Shown: positions 1 through 7,805, counted from the stretch's first letter. The stretch: 56,091 nt of DNA from Bacillota bacterium (GCA_012839215.1 DUNV01000061.1:1-56091), one strand, 5' to 3'. Made by a program: numbers and translations. The notes: generated from the letters alone by a model not told the origin.

Positions 1-474
1 CAACAATTTTAATTCCAGCAGCAAAGTCCGTTCTTCCCCGGGCTCACCTTTTTCCGCAAAACCCGGCGCCCTTTGCCTCGAAGTTGCAAAGCTGCTGTTT
101 CCCCGTCCACCCCGGCCGCCCCGCGCCACAACCGCCCTCGTTCCCGGTTTTAATAAATCACCAAGCTGCGCACCATTCTCATCCTTGATCACTGTCCCGG
201 CGGGCACCTCTATCTCCAACGATTGGCCTCTGCTGCCATTCCTGTTCCTGCCCCGCCCGTGTTCGCCTCCCTCGGCCCGGAGGTGGGGGCGAAAACGGAG
301 ATGTATCAGCGTATTTTTATGCGACGAGGCCACAAGAACAACGTCTCCCCCATCCCCACCGTTGCCACCATCGGGTCCCCCATGGGGCACGAATTTCTCC
401 CTGCGGAAAGAGGCGGCGCCATTGCCGCCACGCCCGCCCCTGACAAATATTTTGACTTGATCGATAAAGGACAA
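1..474 (-). CDS. obg: GTPase Obg, N-terminal part (3' end lies beyond the left window edge)
   Basis: Absent from the ORF track because it runs off the window edge. The minus frame from TTG at 472-474 reads LSFIDQVKIFVRGGRGGNGAASFRREKFVPHGGPDGGNGGDGGDVVLVASSHKNTL..., the Gly-rich Obg fold. It lies downstream of rplU-prp-rpmA as in Bacillus. Confidence 0.85.
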   Translation of the reverse strand, partial: MSFIDQVKIFVRGGRGGNGAASFRREKFVPHGGPDGGNGGDGGDVVLVASSHKNTLIHLRFRPHLRAEGGEHGRGRNRNGSRGQSLEIEVPAGTVIKDENGAQLGDLLKPGTRAVVARGGRGGRGNSSFATSRQRAPGFAEKGEPGEERTLLLELKLL

Positions 475-519
475 ATTATCACACTCTATTTCAAAAAAAA
501 TCCCGGGTTCCCCCGGGTT

Positions 520-801
520 TTAAGCCAGTGGATAAACACTGACCTGTTTTTTTGTTTTACCCACACGCTCGAAGGCAACTGTACCGGCGGCCAGGGCAAA
601 AAGGGTATCATCCTTGCCCCTGCCCACATTAAGCCCGGGATGCACCCGCGTGCCACGCTGGCGAACAATGATGCTTCCGGGACTGACCAGCTGGCCACCG
701 TATCTTTTTACCCCCAGCTTTTTAGAATTGCTATCACGACCGTTCCTCGAACTGCCAACCCCTTTTTTATGGGCAAATAGCTGCAAATCAAATTTAATCA
801 T
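520..801 (-). CDS. rpmA: 50S ribosomal protein L27 with a cleavable N-terminal extension
   Basis: [33 protein letters not shown]... is canonical L27. The [10 protein letters not shown] prefix is the Firmicute pro-sequence. Confidence 0.95.
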   Translation of the reverse strand: MIKFDLQLFAHKKGVGSSRNGRDSNSKKLGVKRYGGQLVSPGSIIVRQRGTRVHPGLNVGRGKDDTLFALAAGTVAFERVGKTKKQVSVYPLA

Positions 802-1150
802 TTTTTTCCTCCTCCCATACTTTCTCTGCTTGTTCCACGGAAATGTATTTTGGGTAAGACCTGGCTACCTCTCTTATACCCAGGAGCATTGTCTCAAAAA
901 GCAGGTTGAAATGCTCCTTTTTGTCTACATCAAGTTGTGCAGGACGGCAAAGGCTAAGGTAACCTTTTTTTAACTTTACCGGCGGGGAAAGCCCTAGCAG
1001 TTCCTCCATGGCATAAACTACCGTTTGTGCCAAAACGGAAACACCCGCACAAACGATATCGGCCCCTTGCGGGGCAAAAAGTGCGTGCCCCCTAATTTCC
1101 ACCAAAACGGGATTGTCATGGCTATCCCGTTTAACTTTGACGCGAATCAT
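794..1150 (-). CDS. prp: Ribosomal-processing cysteine protease Prp (YsxB family)
   Basis: 118-aa ORF between rplU and rpmA, overlapping rpmA by 8 nt. Contains the GHA...DIVCAGVS motif typical of Prp. Confidence 0.85.
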   Translation of the reverse strand: MIRVKVKRDSHDNPVLVEIRGHALFAPQGADIVCAGVSVLAQTVVYAMEELLGLSPPVKLKKGYLSLCRPAQLDVDKKEHFNLLFETMLLGIREVARSYPKYISVEQAEKVWEEEKND

Positions 1151-1159
1151 TGCGCCTCC

Positions 1160-1474
1160 TTAGGCGGGTTCTATCTTTTCAATTTTTACAAGGGTAAAGG
1201 GCTGCCGGTGACCCTGCTTTTTGCGGTAATTCTTTTTAGATTTATATTTAAAGACGATGATTTTTTTCCCTTTACCATGGGAAAGCACCCGGCCGGAAAC
1301 TCTGGCACCCTCTAAATAGGGGGTACCGACGCTGACGTCCTCCCCGTCCTGAATAAGGAGTACCTTTTCGAAATCAACCCCGGAGCCTTCCCCGATGGGC
1401 AACTTTTCCACCTTGCAGCTTTCGCCTTCGGATACTTTGTACTGTTTCCCGCCGGTTTCGATGATCGCATACAT
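1160..1474 (-). CDS. rplU: 50S ribosomal protein L21
   Basis: [18 protein letters not shown]...[26 protein letters not shown] is canonical L21. Confidence 0.95.
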   Translation of the reverse strand: MYAIIETGGKQYKVSEGESCKVEKLPIGEGSGVDFEKVLLIQDGEDVSVGTPYLEGARVSGRVLSHGKGKKIIVFKYKSKKNYRKKQGHRQPFTLVKIEKIEPA

Positions 1475-1477
1475 AAA

Positions 1478-1565
1478 TTATTTCGCCCCTTTTCGCCTAG
1501 ACTCGCCAGCCAAGGGTACCCCTTGAGGGGATTTGACAAACCCTGCCTGAGCGGTTGATGACACT
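1478..1565 (-). promoter_or_regulatory. rplU 5' leader, candidate L21-leader-type autoregulatory RNA
   Basis: About 90-nt untranslated leader between the promoter and the rplU ATG. It contains the hairpin CCCCU-CA-AGGGG and flanking complementary GC-rich segments. The call rests on position only; no covariance model was run. Confidence 0.35.
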
Positions 1566-1570
1566 GAAAT

Positions 1571-1599
1571 ATTGTAGCATGTCAAAAAATCGTTGTCAA
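1571..1599 (-). promoter_or_regulatory. Sigma-A type promoter of the rplU-prp-rpmA operon
   Basis: The minus strand reads TTGACA (1599-1594), a 17-nt spacer, then TACAAT (1576-1571). Confidence 0.55.
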
Positions 1600-1730
1600 C
1601 TGAGCAGCGCCATCCCCGGAGCCGGGAACTGATCCCCCCCCAACGCCACCCGGGTTGGATAGTAAATAGTAGCCGATGGCATAGATAGAAAAGCCTTTTA
1701 CATACAACGCCGGTTCCCAATTTGTGCTGT

Positions 1731-1877
1731 TTAAGTAATATATTCACCGTCAAACATTGGGGTTTGGTTTGAGGCAATAAAACCGACCTGATCCCCGTGG
1801 TAACGATAGACAATGCAGGAGGGCCTGCCTTGGATCTTCTGCGGGATTGGGATGGTTATTTTAATGGGATTGTTCAT
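1731..1877 (-). CDS. Hypothetical small protein (48 aa), below the track length cutoff
   Basis: ATG at 1875-1877 to TAA at 1731-1733 gives MNNPIKITIPIPQKIQGRPSCIVYRYHGDQVGFIASNQTPMFDGEYIT. The frame is also open upstream to a TTG. The SD is weak and I recognise no family. Confidence 0.25.
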   Translation of the reverse strand: MNNPIKITIPIPQKIQGRPSCIVYRYHGDQVGFIASNQTPMFDGEYIT

Positions 1878-1957
1878 CCAGCCAATTTTTCCTTTATAGC
1901 CCAAACAAATAATACCATGTTTCCCCGTGCCCGGCTATCCCTGCCATCTTTTCAGCT

Positions 1958-3151
1958 TTATACGCTGACTATCTCCTCAGGGTAAACCACAAGCTTTTCC
2001 AGGTGGCGGCCATTAAAATAAACGGTGTTTTCTATTCCCGCTATGGCCGATCCTTTAAAGAGGATTTTTGGTTCCAGGGCAAAAACCATCCCCTCTGCCA
2101 GGGGATAGTGCTGCCTGGCGGTGAGTACGGGAAGCTCGTCCAATTCAAGCCCTACCCCGTGGCCGACAAAACCGGCCTTTTCACTACCATAACCCATAAA
2201 ATTTTCCTCGTAACCCATTTCCCTGGCCAGGTCAAAGGCCAACTTAGCAAGTTCAGAAGAGGGAACTCCCGGCTTGGCCGCCTCAATAACTTCATCGTGG
2301 ATAAGCAGTGCATCCCGGTGAGCCTTCTTTAGGGCCCCGGGGGGATCGCCTAAACAGAAAATCCGGGTGTTGTCCACACAGTAACCACCATATACAGCAA
2401 CATAATCCACAAGGACAACATCGCCCTTCTCTATCACTTTCCTGCCGGGCCCTTGGGGGTAAGCAGGGGATAGCCCCGGACCCCCGGTAGGTCCATCGAA
2501 GAATGATGAAAAGGTAATATTGGCTCCCGACATGATATGGCCATAAAAGACCTCCTGGTTGTACTGGCGCATACGCACGGCCCCCTGGTGCCCCAAGGTG
2601 CGCGCCAGATGTTCCAGATCTGCGGCAAACTCGATTTCCCTTTTCCCGGCCTTTAGAAAATGGGGTACGGCCTGCAGCATTTTTTGGCTTACCTCCGCCC
2701 CTTTTCTCATAATTCCCAGTTCATAGGAACTTTTGTACATGCGCAGCTCCCTAATCAACAAGGAAATGTCTACCAGTTCCGCGCCGGTAAAAGTATCCCG
2801 GTAGCGTAAATAAAGGGCTGTTGGCAAAACGTCCAGCTCCATGCCTAATTTTTTAAAGGAACCGGCTATCTCCTGCACCTTGGCAGGGAGCTCCTTAAAA
2901 CCCCTTTGGTATTCCACCCGGGCAAGGGGTGTTTCCATTTTGGCCCTATCAAAACTCCTGGTAACCAGGTAGCAAGCCTCCCCTTTTGCCGGAACAACGA
3001 GGTGCCCCTTCTGGCAACTGCCGGTAAAATAAAAGAGGTCTGCGTTTTGTGTGATCAAGGCACCATCGATCCCTTTTTTCTGCAACTCGCCTTGCAGTTT
3101 GGCAATCCTGCTTTCAATTTCCTTTTTCGGTGTGGTTTCCAAAGTTTCCAT
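1958..3151 (-). CDS. M24-family Xaa-Pro aminopeptidase (creatinase-like N domain plus pita-bread fold)
   Basis: 397 aa. The C-terminal half has VLVDYVAVYGGYCVDNTR, HGVGLELDE and the ALEP...IENT metal-ligand pattern of M24B peptidases. Confidence 0.85.
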   Translation of the reverse strand: METLETTPKKEIESRIAKLQGELQKKGIDGALITQNADLFYFTGSCQKGHLVVPAKGEACYLVTRSFDRAKMETPLARVEYQRGFKELPAKVQEIAGSFKKLGMELDVLPTALYLRYRDTFTGAELVDISLLIRELRMYKSSYELGIMRKGAEVSQKMLQAVPHFLKAGKREIEFAADLEHLARTLGHQGAVRMRQYNQEVFYGHIMSGANITFSSFFDGPTGGPGLSPAYPQGPGRKVIEKGDVVLVDYVAVYGGYCVDNTRIFCLGDPPGALKKAHRDALLIHDEVIEAAKPGVPSSELAKLAFDLAREMGYEENFMGYGSEKAGFVGHGVGLELDELPVLTARQHYPLAEGMVFALEPKILFKGSAIAGIENTVYFNGRHLEKLVVYPEEIVSV

Positions 3152-3246
3152 GCCTCCTGTTACGATTCTGTTCCCACACCTTTATTCTACCATGATTAAC
3201 CTATTTGACGCGGGAAAAACACCCCTTAAATAGCCATTTGGCGACA

Positions 3247-3275
3247 TTGAACAAATTTTCCCACGGTATTATAAT
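3247..3275 (+). promoter_or_regulatory. Sigma-A type promoter
   Basis: TTGAAC (3247-3252), a 17-nt spacer, then TATAAT (3270-3275). Confidence 0.5.
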
Positions 3276-3326
3276 CGAAAAGGGGGTGTTTTAACAGTAG
3301 AGCAAAAATTCTGCCAAAGCTGCGCC

Positions 3327-3575
3327 ATGCCTTTGGACGGTACTAAGGAAATGTACGGGACAAACAGCGATTGCTATGCGGATGGGCAATTTACCGCCGA
3401 TTGTTCTATAGAAGAAATGATTGAATTTTGCATCCCCCATATGGTTTCCGCAAATCCGCAGATCGGTGAGGGAAAAGCCCGAAAGATGATGAAAGAACTT
3501 TTCCCACCCTTAAACGCTGGCGGAAGCAGGGGAAACCAAAGCCGGCCGGAGCACAACTGCCCGGTCGGCTTTTGA
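3327..3575 (+). CDS. Putative zinc-ribbon domain protein (Zn_ribbon_2-like), probably degenerate
   Basis: MPLDGTKEMYGTNSD...DGQFTADCSIEEMIEFCIPHMV matches the CQSCGMPL...YG family. The first CxxC (CQSC, 3312-3323) lies in frame upstream of the only ATG. See findings. Confidence 0.5.
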   Translation: MPLDGTKEMYGTNSDCYADGQFTADCSIEEMIEFCIPHMVSANPQIGEGKARKMMKELFPPLNAGGSRGNQSRPEHNCPVGF

Positions 3576-3607
3576 AAATAGTATATCAATTCCTACCGAT
3601 AAAAGTC

Positions 3608-4219
3608 CTAGTCGTCAAATGCCTCGCTGACCTTCCATTCCTTCCAAATATTGCCTACGAGATCTGGGCTTGGTTTAAGAGTTTTCTTTCCTGGTTTCCA
3701 TCCTGAAGGGGTTGCCTCAGCCCCTTGCGATTCCCGAACGAGTTGAAAAGCCTTGATTTGGCGAACCGATTCACTGATATTTCTTCCCACCGGGGGGGTG
3801 AGAACCTCGAACCCCTGAATGATGCCGTCCGGATCGATGATAAATCTGCCCCGGGTTTCCACACCCGTGTCTTCATCGTAGATCCCATACATTTTGCCTA
3901 TGCTGCCATCCTGATCAGATAGCATCGGGAAGGGAATATCCTTATTAATCATTTTAGACAGTTCATGCTCATTCCACATTTTATGCACGTAGATGCTATC
4001 GACGCTGATGGTCAGCACTTCCACACCGAGCTTTTGCATTTCTTCATATTTTTCAGCAACTGCTGAAACTTCAGTTGCTCAAACGAAGGTAAAATCACCC
4101 GGATAGAAACAGATAAGTACCCATTTACCAATATATTCGGAAAGACTGACATTCATAAATTTGCCCTGATAATATGCCGATGCGGTAAAATCAGGTGCCG
4201 CCTTGCCGACTTTCACCAT
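3608..4219 (-). CDS. prxU: Selenocysteine-containing peroxiredoxin (AhpC/Prx1 type) with in-frame UGA at 4079-4081 (codon 47)
   Basis: Track ORFs 4079..4354 and 3608..4039 share one frame. Read through, they give [11 protein letters not shown]...[38 protein letters not shown].... A strong SD (AAGAGGAGGGG) sits 8 nt before the ATG at 4217-4219. A hairpin follows the UGA immediately. Confidence 0.85.
4056..4078 (-). promoter_or_regulatory. SECIS-like stem-loop directly 3' of the prxU UGA
   Basis: The mRNA reads UGA-GCAACUG-AAGUUUCAG-CAGUUGC, a 7-bp perfect stem. An alternative upper stem CUGAA/UUCAG puts GU at the apex. Confidence 0.6.
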
Positions 4220-4605
4220 AACATTCCCCTCCTCTTTTAATGGTAGCACGCCCTGGGAAACGGCTTCATCCACCTTTGGCTTTTTGATTTCCGGCCGCTG
4301 GCAACCAGGCCTAAACTCCTCTGCCAATAACTTTGACCTCCTTATCATAATCATTTTTAAGGAATATTGTTTTGCAACTGATTAAGGGTATTATACTATA
4401 CCATCCCAAAAGAAACAACGATTTTATAACAATTTTTGAAGGTAGAGTGACGGAGGTGGCAAGGGGGCGGGGTTGCTGCCACCAATACTGATATCTTTGA
4501 TCTGTTCCCCGTAGATTTCGGAATATGTACTGGTGATAGCACCCTCGTCCCCTTATCATTCTGGGATGAGAAAATTTTCAGGAGGTTTGAATAAGGTCAT
4601 GACAG

Positions 4606-4911
4606 ATGGGGGAATTGCTAGAACAGATAGTTGTAAAAGTTAGTGAAATAGATACAAAAATAGAAAACTTGGATGCAAAGGTTGAAAGCCCGGGCGAAAA
4701 GATTGAAAGCTTGGGCGAAAAGGTTGAAAGCCTTAATGCAAAGGTAGAAAGCTTGGGCGAAAAGGTTGAAAGCCTGGAGCTGGAAGTAAAGGACATCCAA
4801 CTAACACCCGAAAATGAGACGAATAAAAATATTCGTTTGATTGTGGAAGGCCATTTTGGTTTAAACCGCGAAATAGGGTTGGTTGCCAGGGCGGATATAA
4901 ACGGGAATTGA
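4606..4911 (+). CDS. Heptad-repeat (coiled-coil) hypothetical protein
   Basis: 101 aa with KVSEIDT KIENLDA KVESPGE KIESLGE KVESLNA KVESLGE KVESLEL repeats. V/I sits at heptad position a and L at position d. The C-terminal tail has no family I recognise. Confidence 0.55.
   Translation: MGELLEQIVVKVSEIDTKIENLDAKVESPGEKIESLGEKVESLNAKVESLGEKVESLELEVKDIQLTPENETNKNIRLIVEGHFGLNREIGLVARADINGN
4636..4782 (+). repeat. In-frame 21-bp tandem repeat array (5 near-identical units at 4678-4782, preceded by 2 degenerate units)
   Basis: The unit is aaggttgaaagcttgggcgaa, repeated head to tail. The units are contiguous with no spacers, so this is not a CRISPR. Confidence 0.9.
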
Positions 4912-4925
4912 CGAAACAAGTGCAT

Positions 4926-4954
4926 AAAAAATCCTGCTCTCTGCAAACTGCAGG
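4926..4954 (-). terminator. Rho-independent terminator (minus strand)
   Basis: The minus transcript reads CCUGC-AGUUUGCAGAGA-GCAGG-A-UUUUUU. An alternative stem is CUGCA-GUU-UGCAG. Confidence 0.6.
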
Positions 4955-4969
4955 CCTTTAGCAAAATGC

Positions 4970-5044
4970 TCAGCAACCAACCGCTGCAGCCAGCATTAAC
5001 AAGACCATTAAAATGGAAATGCCAATAGCTACTATTTTCGGCAT
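4970..5044 (-). CDS. Micro-ORF (24 aa) resembling a lipoprotein signal peptide, ending Cys-UGA
   Basis: MPKIVAIGISILMVLLMLAAAVGC then TGA. The SD GGGGG is 7 nt upstream of the ATG. An extended -10 (TGtTAAAAT) lies at 5097-5105 on the minus strand. The terminator at 4926-4954 follows. Confidence 0.4.
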   Translation of the reverse strand: MPKIVAIGISILMVLLMLAAAVGC

Positions 5045-5150
5045 GATTATTCCCCCTTTCGCCTCAGCAAGTCGCGCTTCCATTAAAAACAGTTATATTT
5101 TAACATAAATTTGCTTTTTTGCACAGGTGCCTGGCACCTTCCGAAATTTG

Positions 5151-7655
5151 TTATCCTTCTTGTAGGTTTTTAACTTTCTCCACCAAAAAACCTGTCAGGG
5201 ATTCGGAAATCTCTTCGGTAAAGCCTTCCCCATAGATGCGGTAGGAAGGTTTTTCCGGATCGGGAAGTACGAGGGCCCACCCATTGGGGTAAAAGTATTT
5301 CACCCCATCAAAAAGTTCGATCCGTTCCGCCTTGCCCGGACCTTCCTCCACAAGACGCCTCATAACCCTCCCCTTTTGCCCCCACGGGCAGAATACTTCC
5401 CTTTGCTGCAAACGTATCCCAGGTATTTCCTCCAGCAGGTTCGAAAGGCTTTTTTCCTCCCGGGCCAGGCAGTCAAGAATTTTAAAAAGGGCAGTCATGG
5501 CATCGAGCTGTAGGTAATCTGCCGGGCGGTATTCCTTCTTGCCGGAGGACTCACCCCGCTGGGTTTCCCATAATTTTTCCTGAAAATGACGTGGCATTGT
5601 TTTGCTACGAAGAATTTGCCCCTTGTTTCTCCGGGCCAGTTCCTCATGGACCCATGAGGCAAAAAAGGGTTGGACAAGCGTAGGGGCTTTGCCTCCCCTC
5701 AAGATCAAAAGGGAAAGCAACGCCTGATAGATTTCACCGGATATTTCATACCCCTCACCATCAAACAAAAGCATTTCTTCGCCGCTGGGGGACATCCAAA
5801 GACCAAGATCGGCCTTTTCCTTGATAATATTTCTGGAAAAGTCCTTTTTTAGGCGGGCAAACTCGTCTTGTTGCCAACAGATAGGCTCTTTTTTACCCGG
5901 ATAGTGGGCAACAGTGAGCCTGCACTCCAGCTCCTGGAAAAGCGGGGTTAAAAAATTGTCTACATGGGGAGCGGGGAAGGCCAGCAGAATTGAAAAGTGG
6001 AAATCCCTGATACGCTGCACAGCCAAATCCCTTTGCAGCGCCCGGGCATAGATCCGATTATAGCCCGGAATTTGCTTGATCGTCCCCAAATTTTCCCTTA
6101 GGGCCCGGGGGAAATCATCCCGGGAGTGGATTTGTTCGAGCTTTCGTTCATCCCCATGGGAAAGCCGCAATCCCTCGTTATCAAAGAAAAGGATAACACA
6201 ATGCCCGGCATGCTCCGAGCAGGAATGAACATAGATGCCCCCCCTGGCCTGCATTTCATTGATGGACATGCGCAGTGCTGGTGCAAAAGTGGTCCCAATA
6301 TCTAAAACATCAGCACCACCAGCCATCAGGCCGGCATCGAGTACCCTTTTCAGGAGCTGGGAGGGTCCAAAGGAGTCAGCACCAGTTACCATGGGAACAT
6401 CCCCGCCCCTTAGGAAAGCAAAAGCGGATCCAAGCCGAAGAGTACTCTCCAGGGCCAGATCGCTGTGTATTTCCCCCTCAACCCCGCTACTGCCAAAAAG
6501 CGATCGCCGGGCTTTGCCCCCCCAAATCAAATTGTTATGCACAATGGCACCGCTTTCGACTCTTTTAAAAGGCCACAGTTTAACCCCGGGTTTCAGGAGC
6601 GCCCCGTCTTCCACAACAGTTTTGTCCCCGATAACTGCCCCCTCATAGATCATTGCCCCCTTGCCCAGCCTGGCACCTCCGGCGAGCATGCCGCCACGCA
6701 CCACTGCCCCTTCCCCGATGCTCACCTGCGACCAGGTAATACCCCGCTTAATTGAGGCTTTATCAGCCAGACGGCTATGGGAACCAATAGCCGTATAACC
6801 ACCCAAATACACATTCGGGCCAATGTAGCATCCCTTCCCTATATAGAGGGGGGAAACAAGACTTGCTGTTGGATCGAGCTGGACATCATCAGCAATCCAT
6901 AAGCCCGGTTTTTTTTCCCAGGCATGCAGATTTACCTTAACCTTTTTGCCAAGGACATCATAATTGGTCTGACGATACTGCTCCAGGTTGCCTATATCAC
7001 ACCAGTACCCCTCCAGGGAACATCCATAAAGGGCCTTTCCTTCTTTGAGGAGCAAGGGGAATAGATCTTTGCTAAAATCGAATTTTTTCCCCGGCGGTAT
7101 GTAGTCCAGCACTTCCGGCTCAATGATATATATTCCTGTGTTTACCGTATCGCTGAAAACCTCGCCCCAGCTGGGTTTTTCCAAAAACCTGATAATCTTT
7201 CCTTCTTCATTGACCATGACCACCCCATATTCCAGTGGATTATCCTGGGGGGTAAGCACGATGGTTACAAAAGCCCCTTTTTGGCGGTGAAAGGCGATGG
7301 CCTCGCCGAGATTTATATCTGTTAGGCAATCTCCGCTAATCACCAAAAACGTTTCGTCCAAAAAAGAGGATGCATTTTTAACGCTGCCAGCCGTGCCCAG
7401 GGGTTCGTCCTCTAAAAAATAATGGAGAGAAACTCCATGGGAGAGGCCATCCCCAAAGTAATCCCCGATTTGCTCGGGAAGATATTGGAGTGTTACTGCC
7501 TGTTCCCTGATCCCATGCTCTACCAAAAGTTCAATGATATACTCCATGATGGGGCGATCCATAAGAGGTACCATCGGCTTGGGTCGATCACAAGTCAGCG
7601 GGCGCAACCTGGCACCCTCTCCCCCGGCCATGATGACAGCTTTCAAAAAAAACAT
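5151..7655 (-). CDS. Sugar-1-phosphate nucleotidyltransferase (mannose-1-P guanylyltransferase-like) with a left-handed beta-helix, fused to a phosphohexomutase-like C-terminal half
   Basis: The N terminus [26 protein letters not shown] is the NTP-transferase signature. Hexapeptide repeats occupy the middle. The C-terminal 450 aa align in pattern to PGM/PMM (FGSSGVEGE...), but the active-site motifs are altered. Confidence 0.85.
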   Translation of the reverse strand: MFFLKAVIMAGGEGARLRPLTCDRPKPMVPLMDRPIMEYIIELLVEHGIREQAVTLQYLPEQIGDYFGDGLSHGVSLHYFLEDEPLGTAGSVKNASSFLDETFLVISGDCLTDINLGEAIAFHRQKGAFVTIVLTPQDNPLEYGVVMVNEEGKIIRFLEKPSWGEVFSDTVNTGIYIIEPEVLDYIPPGKKFDFSKDLFPLLLKEGKALYGCSLEGYWCDIGNLEQYRQTNYDVLGKKVKVNLHAWEKKPGLWIADDVQLDPTASLVSPLYIGKGCYIGPNVYLGGYTAIGSHSRLADKASIKRGITWSQVSIGEGAVVRGGMLAGGARLGKGAMIYEGAVIGDKTVVEDGALLKPGVKLWPFKRVESGAIVHNNLIWGGKARRSLFGSSGVEGEIHSDLALESTLRLGSAFAFLRGGDVPMVTGADSFGPSQLLKRVLDAGLMAGGADVLDIGTTFAPALRMSINEMQARGGIYVHSCSEHAGHCVILFFDNEGLRLSHGDERKLEQIHSRDDFPRALRENLGTIKQIPGYNRIYARALQRDLAVQRIRDFHFSILLAFPAPHVDNFLTPLFQELECRLTVAHYPGKKEPICWQQDEFARLKKDFSRNIIKEKADLGLWMSPSGEEMLLFDGEGYEISGEIYQALLSLLILRGGKAPTLVQPFFASWVHEELARRNKGQILRSKTMPRHFQEKLWETQRGESSGKKEYRPADYLQLDAMTALFKILDCLAREEKSLSNLLEEIPGIRLQQREVFCPWGQKGRVMRRLVEEGPGKAERIELFDGVKYFYPNGWALVLPDPEKPSYRIYGEGFTEEISESLTGFLVEKVKNLQEG

Positions 7656-7805
7656 CCCCTTCCTGTTATTTTACGGTAACTTATTAGCTTTAATAGTTAT
7701 TATAACCGTAAGCAGGCCGGGTTAGCCTTCGGGAAAGCAAATCCCATTCCACCAGCAAAAAATTTTGTTTATGAGGTTTCCGTTAGAAAAAGGTATCCCA
7801 TTGGT

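Noticed and set aside
185-973. Plus-strand ORFs 185..460, 223..780 and 614..973
   Set aside because: They are antisense to obg, rpmA and prp, which are recognisable on the minus strand. Their Pro/Ala-rich composition reflects the reverse complement of Gly-rich Obg codons.
4440-4470. Hairpin GGTGGCA-N15-TGCCACC in the prxU upstream region, and the 82-aa ORF 4311..4559
   Set aside because: No U tract on either strand and no recognisable riboswitch or tRNA-like features. The ORF has an implausible composition and would run through the prxU promoter and 5' UTR.
4636-4782. Possible CRISPR-like array
   Set aside because: The units are contiguous 21-mers with no spacers, lie in frame within a CDS, and have no cas genes nearby.
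4578-4976. 132-aa minus-strand ORF with repeated STFSPKLSTF units
   Set aside because: It is the mirror image of the 21-bp tandem repeat. The plus frame gives a clean heptad coiled coil. The minus frame also overlaps the better-supported micro-ORF stop region.
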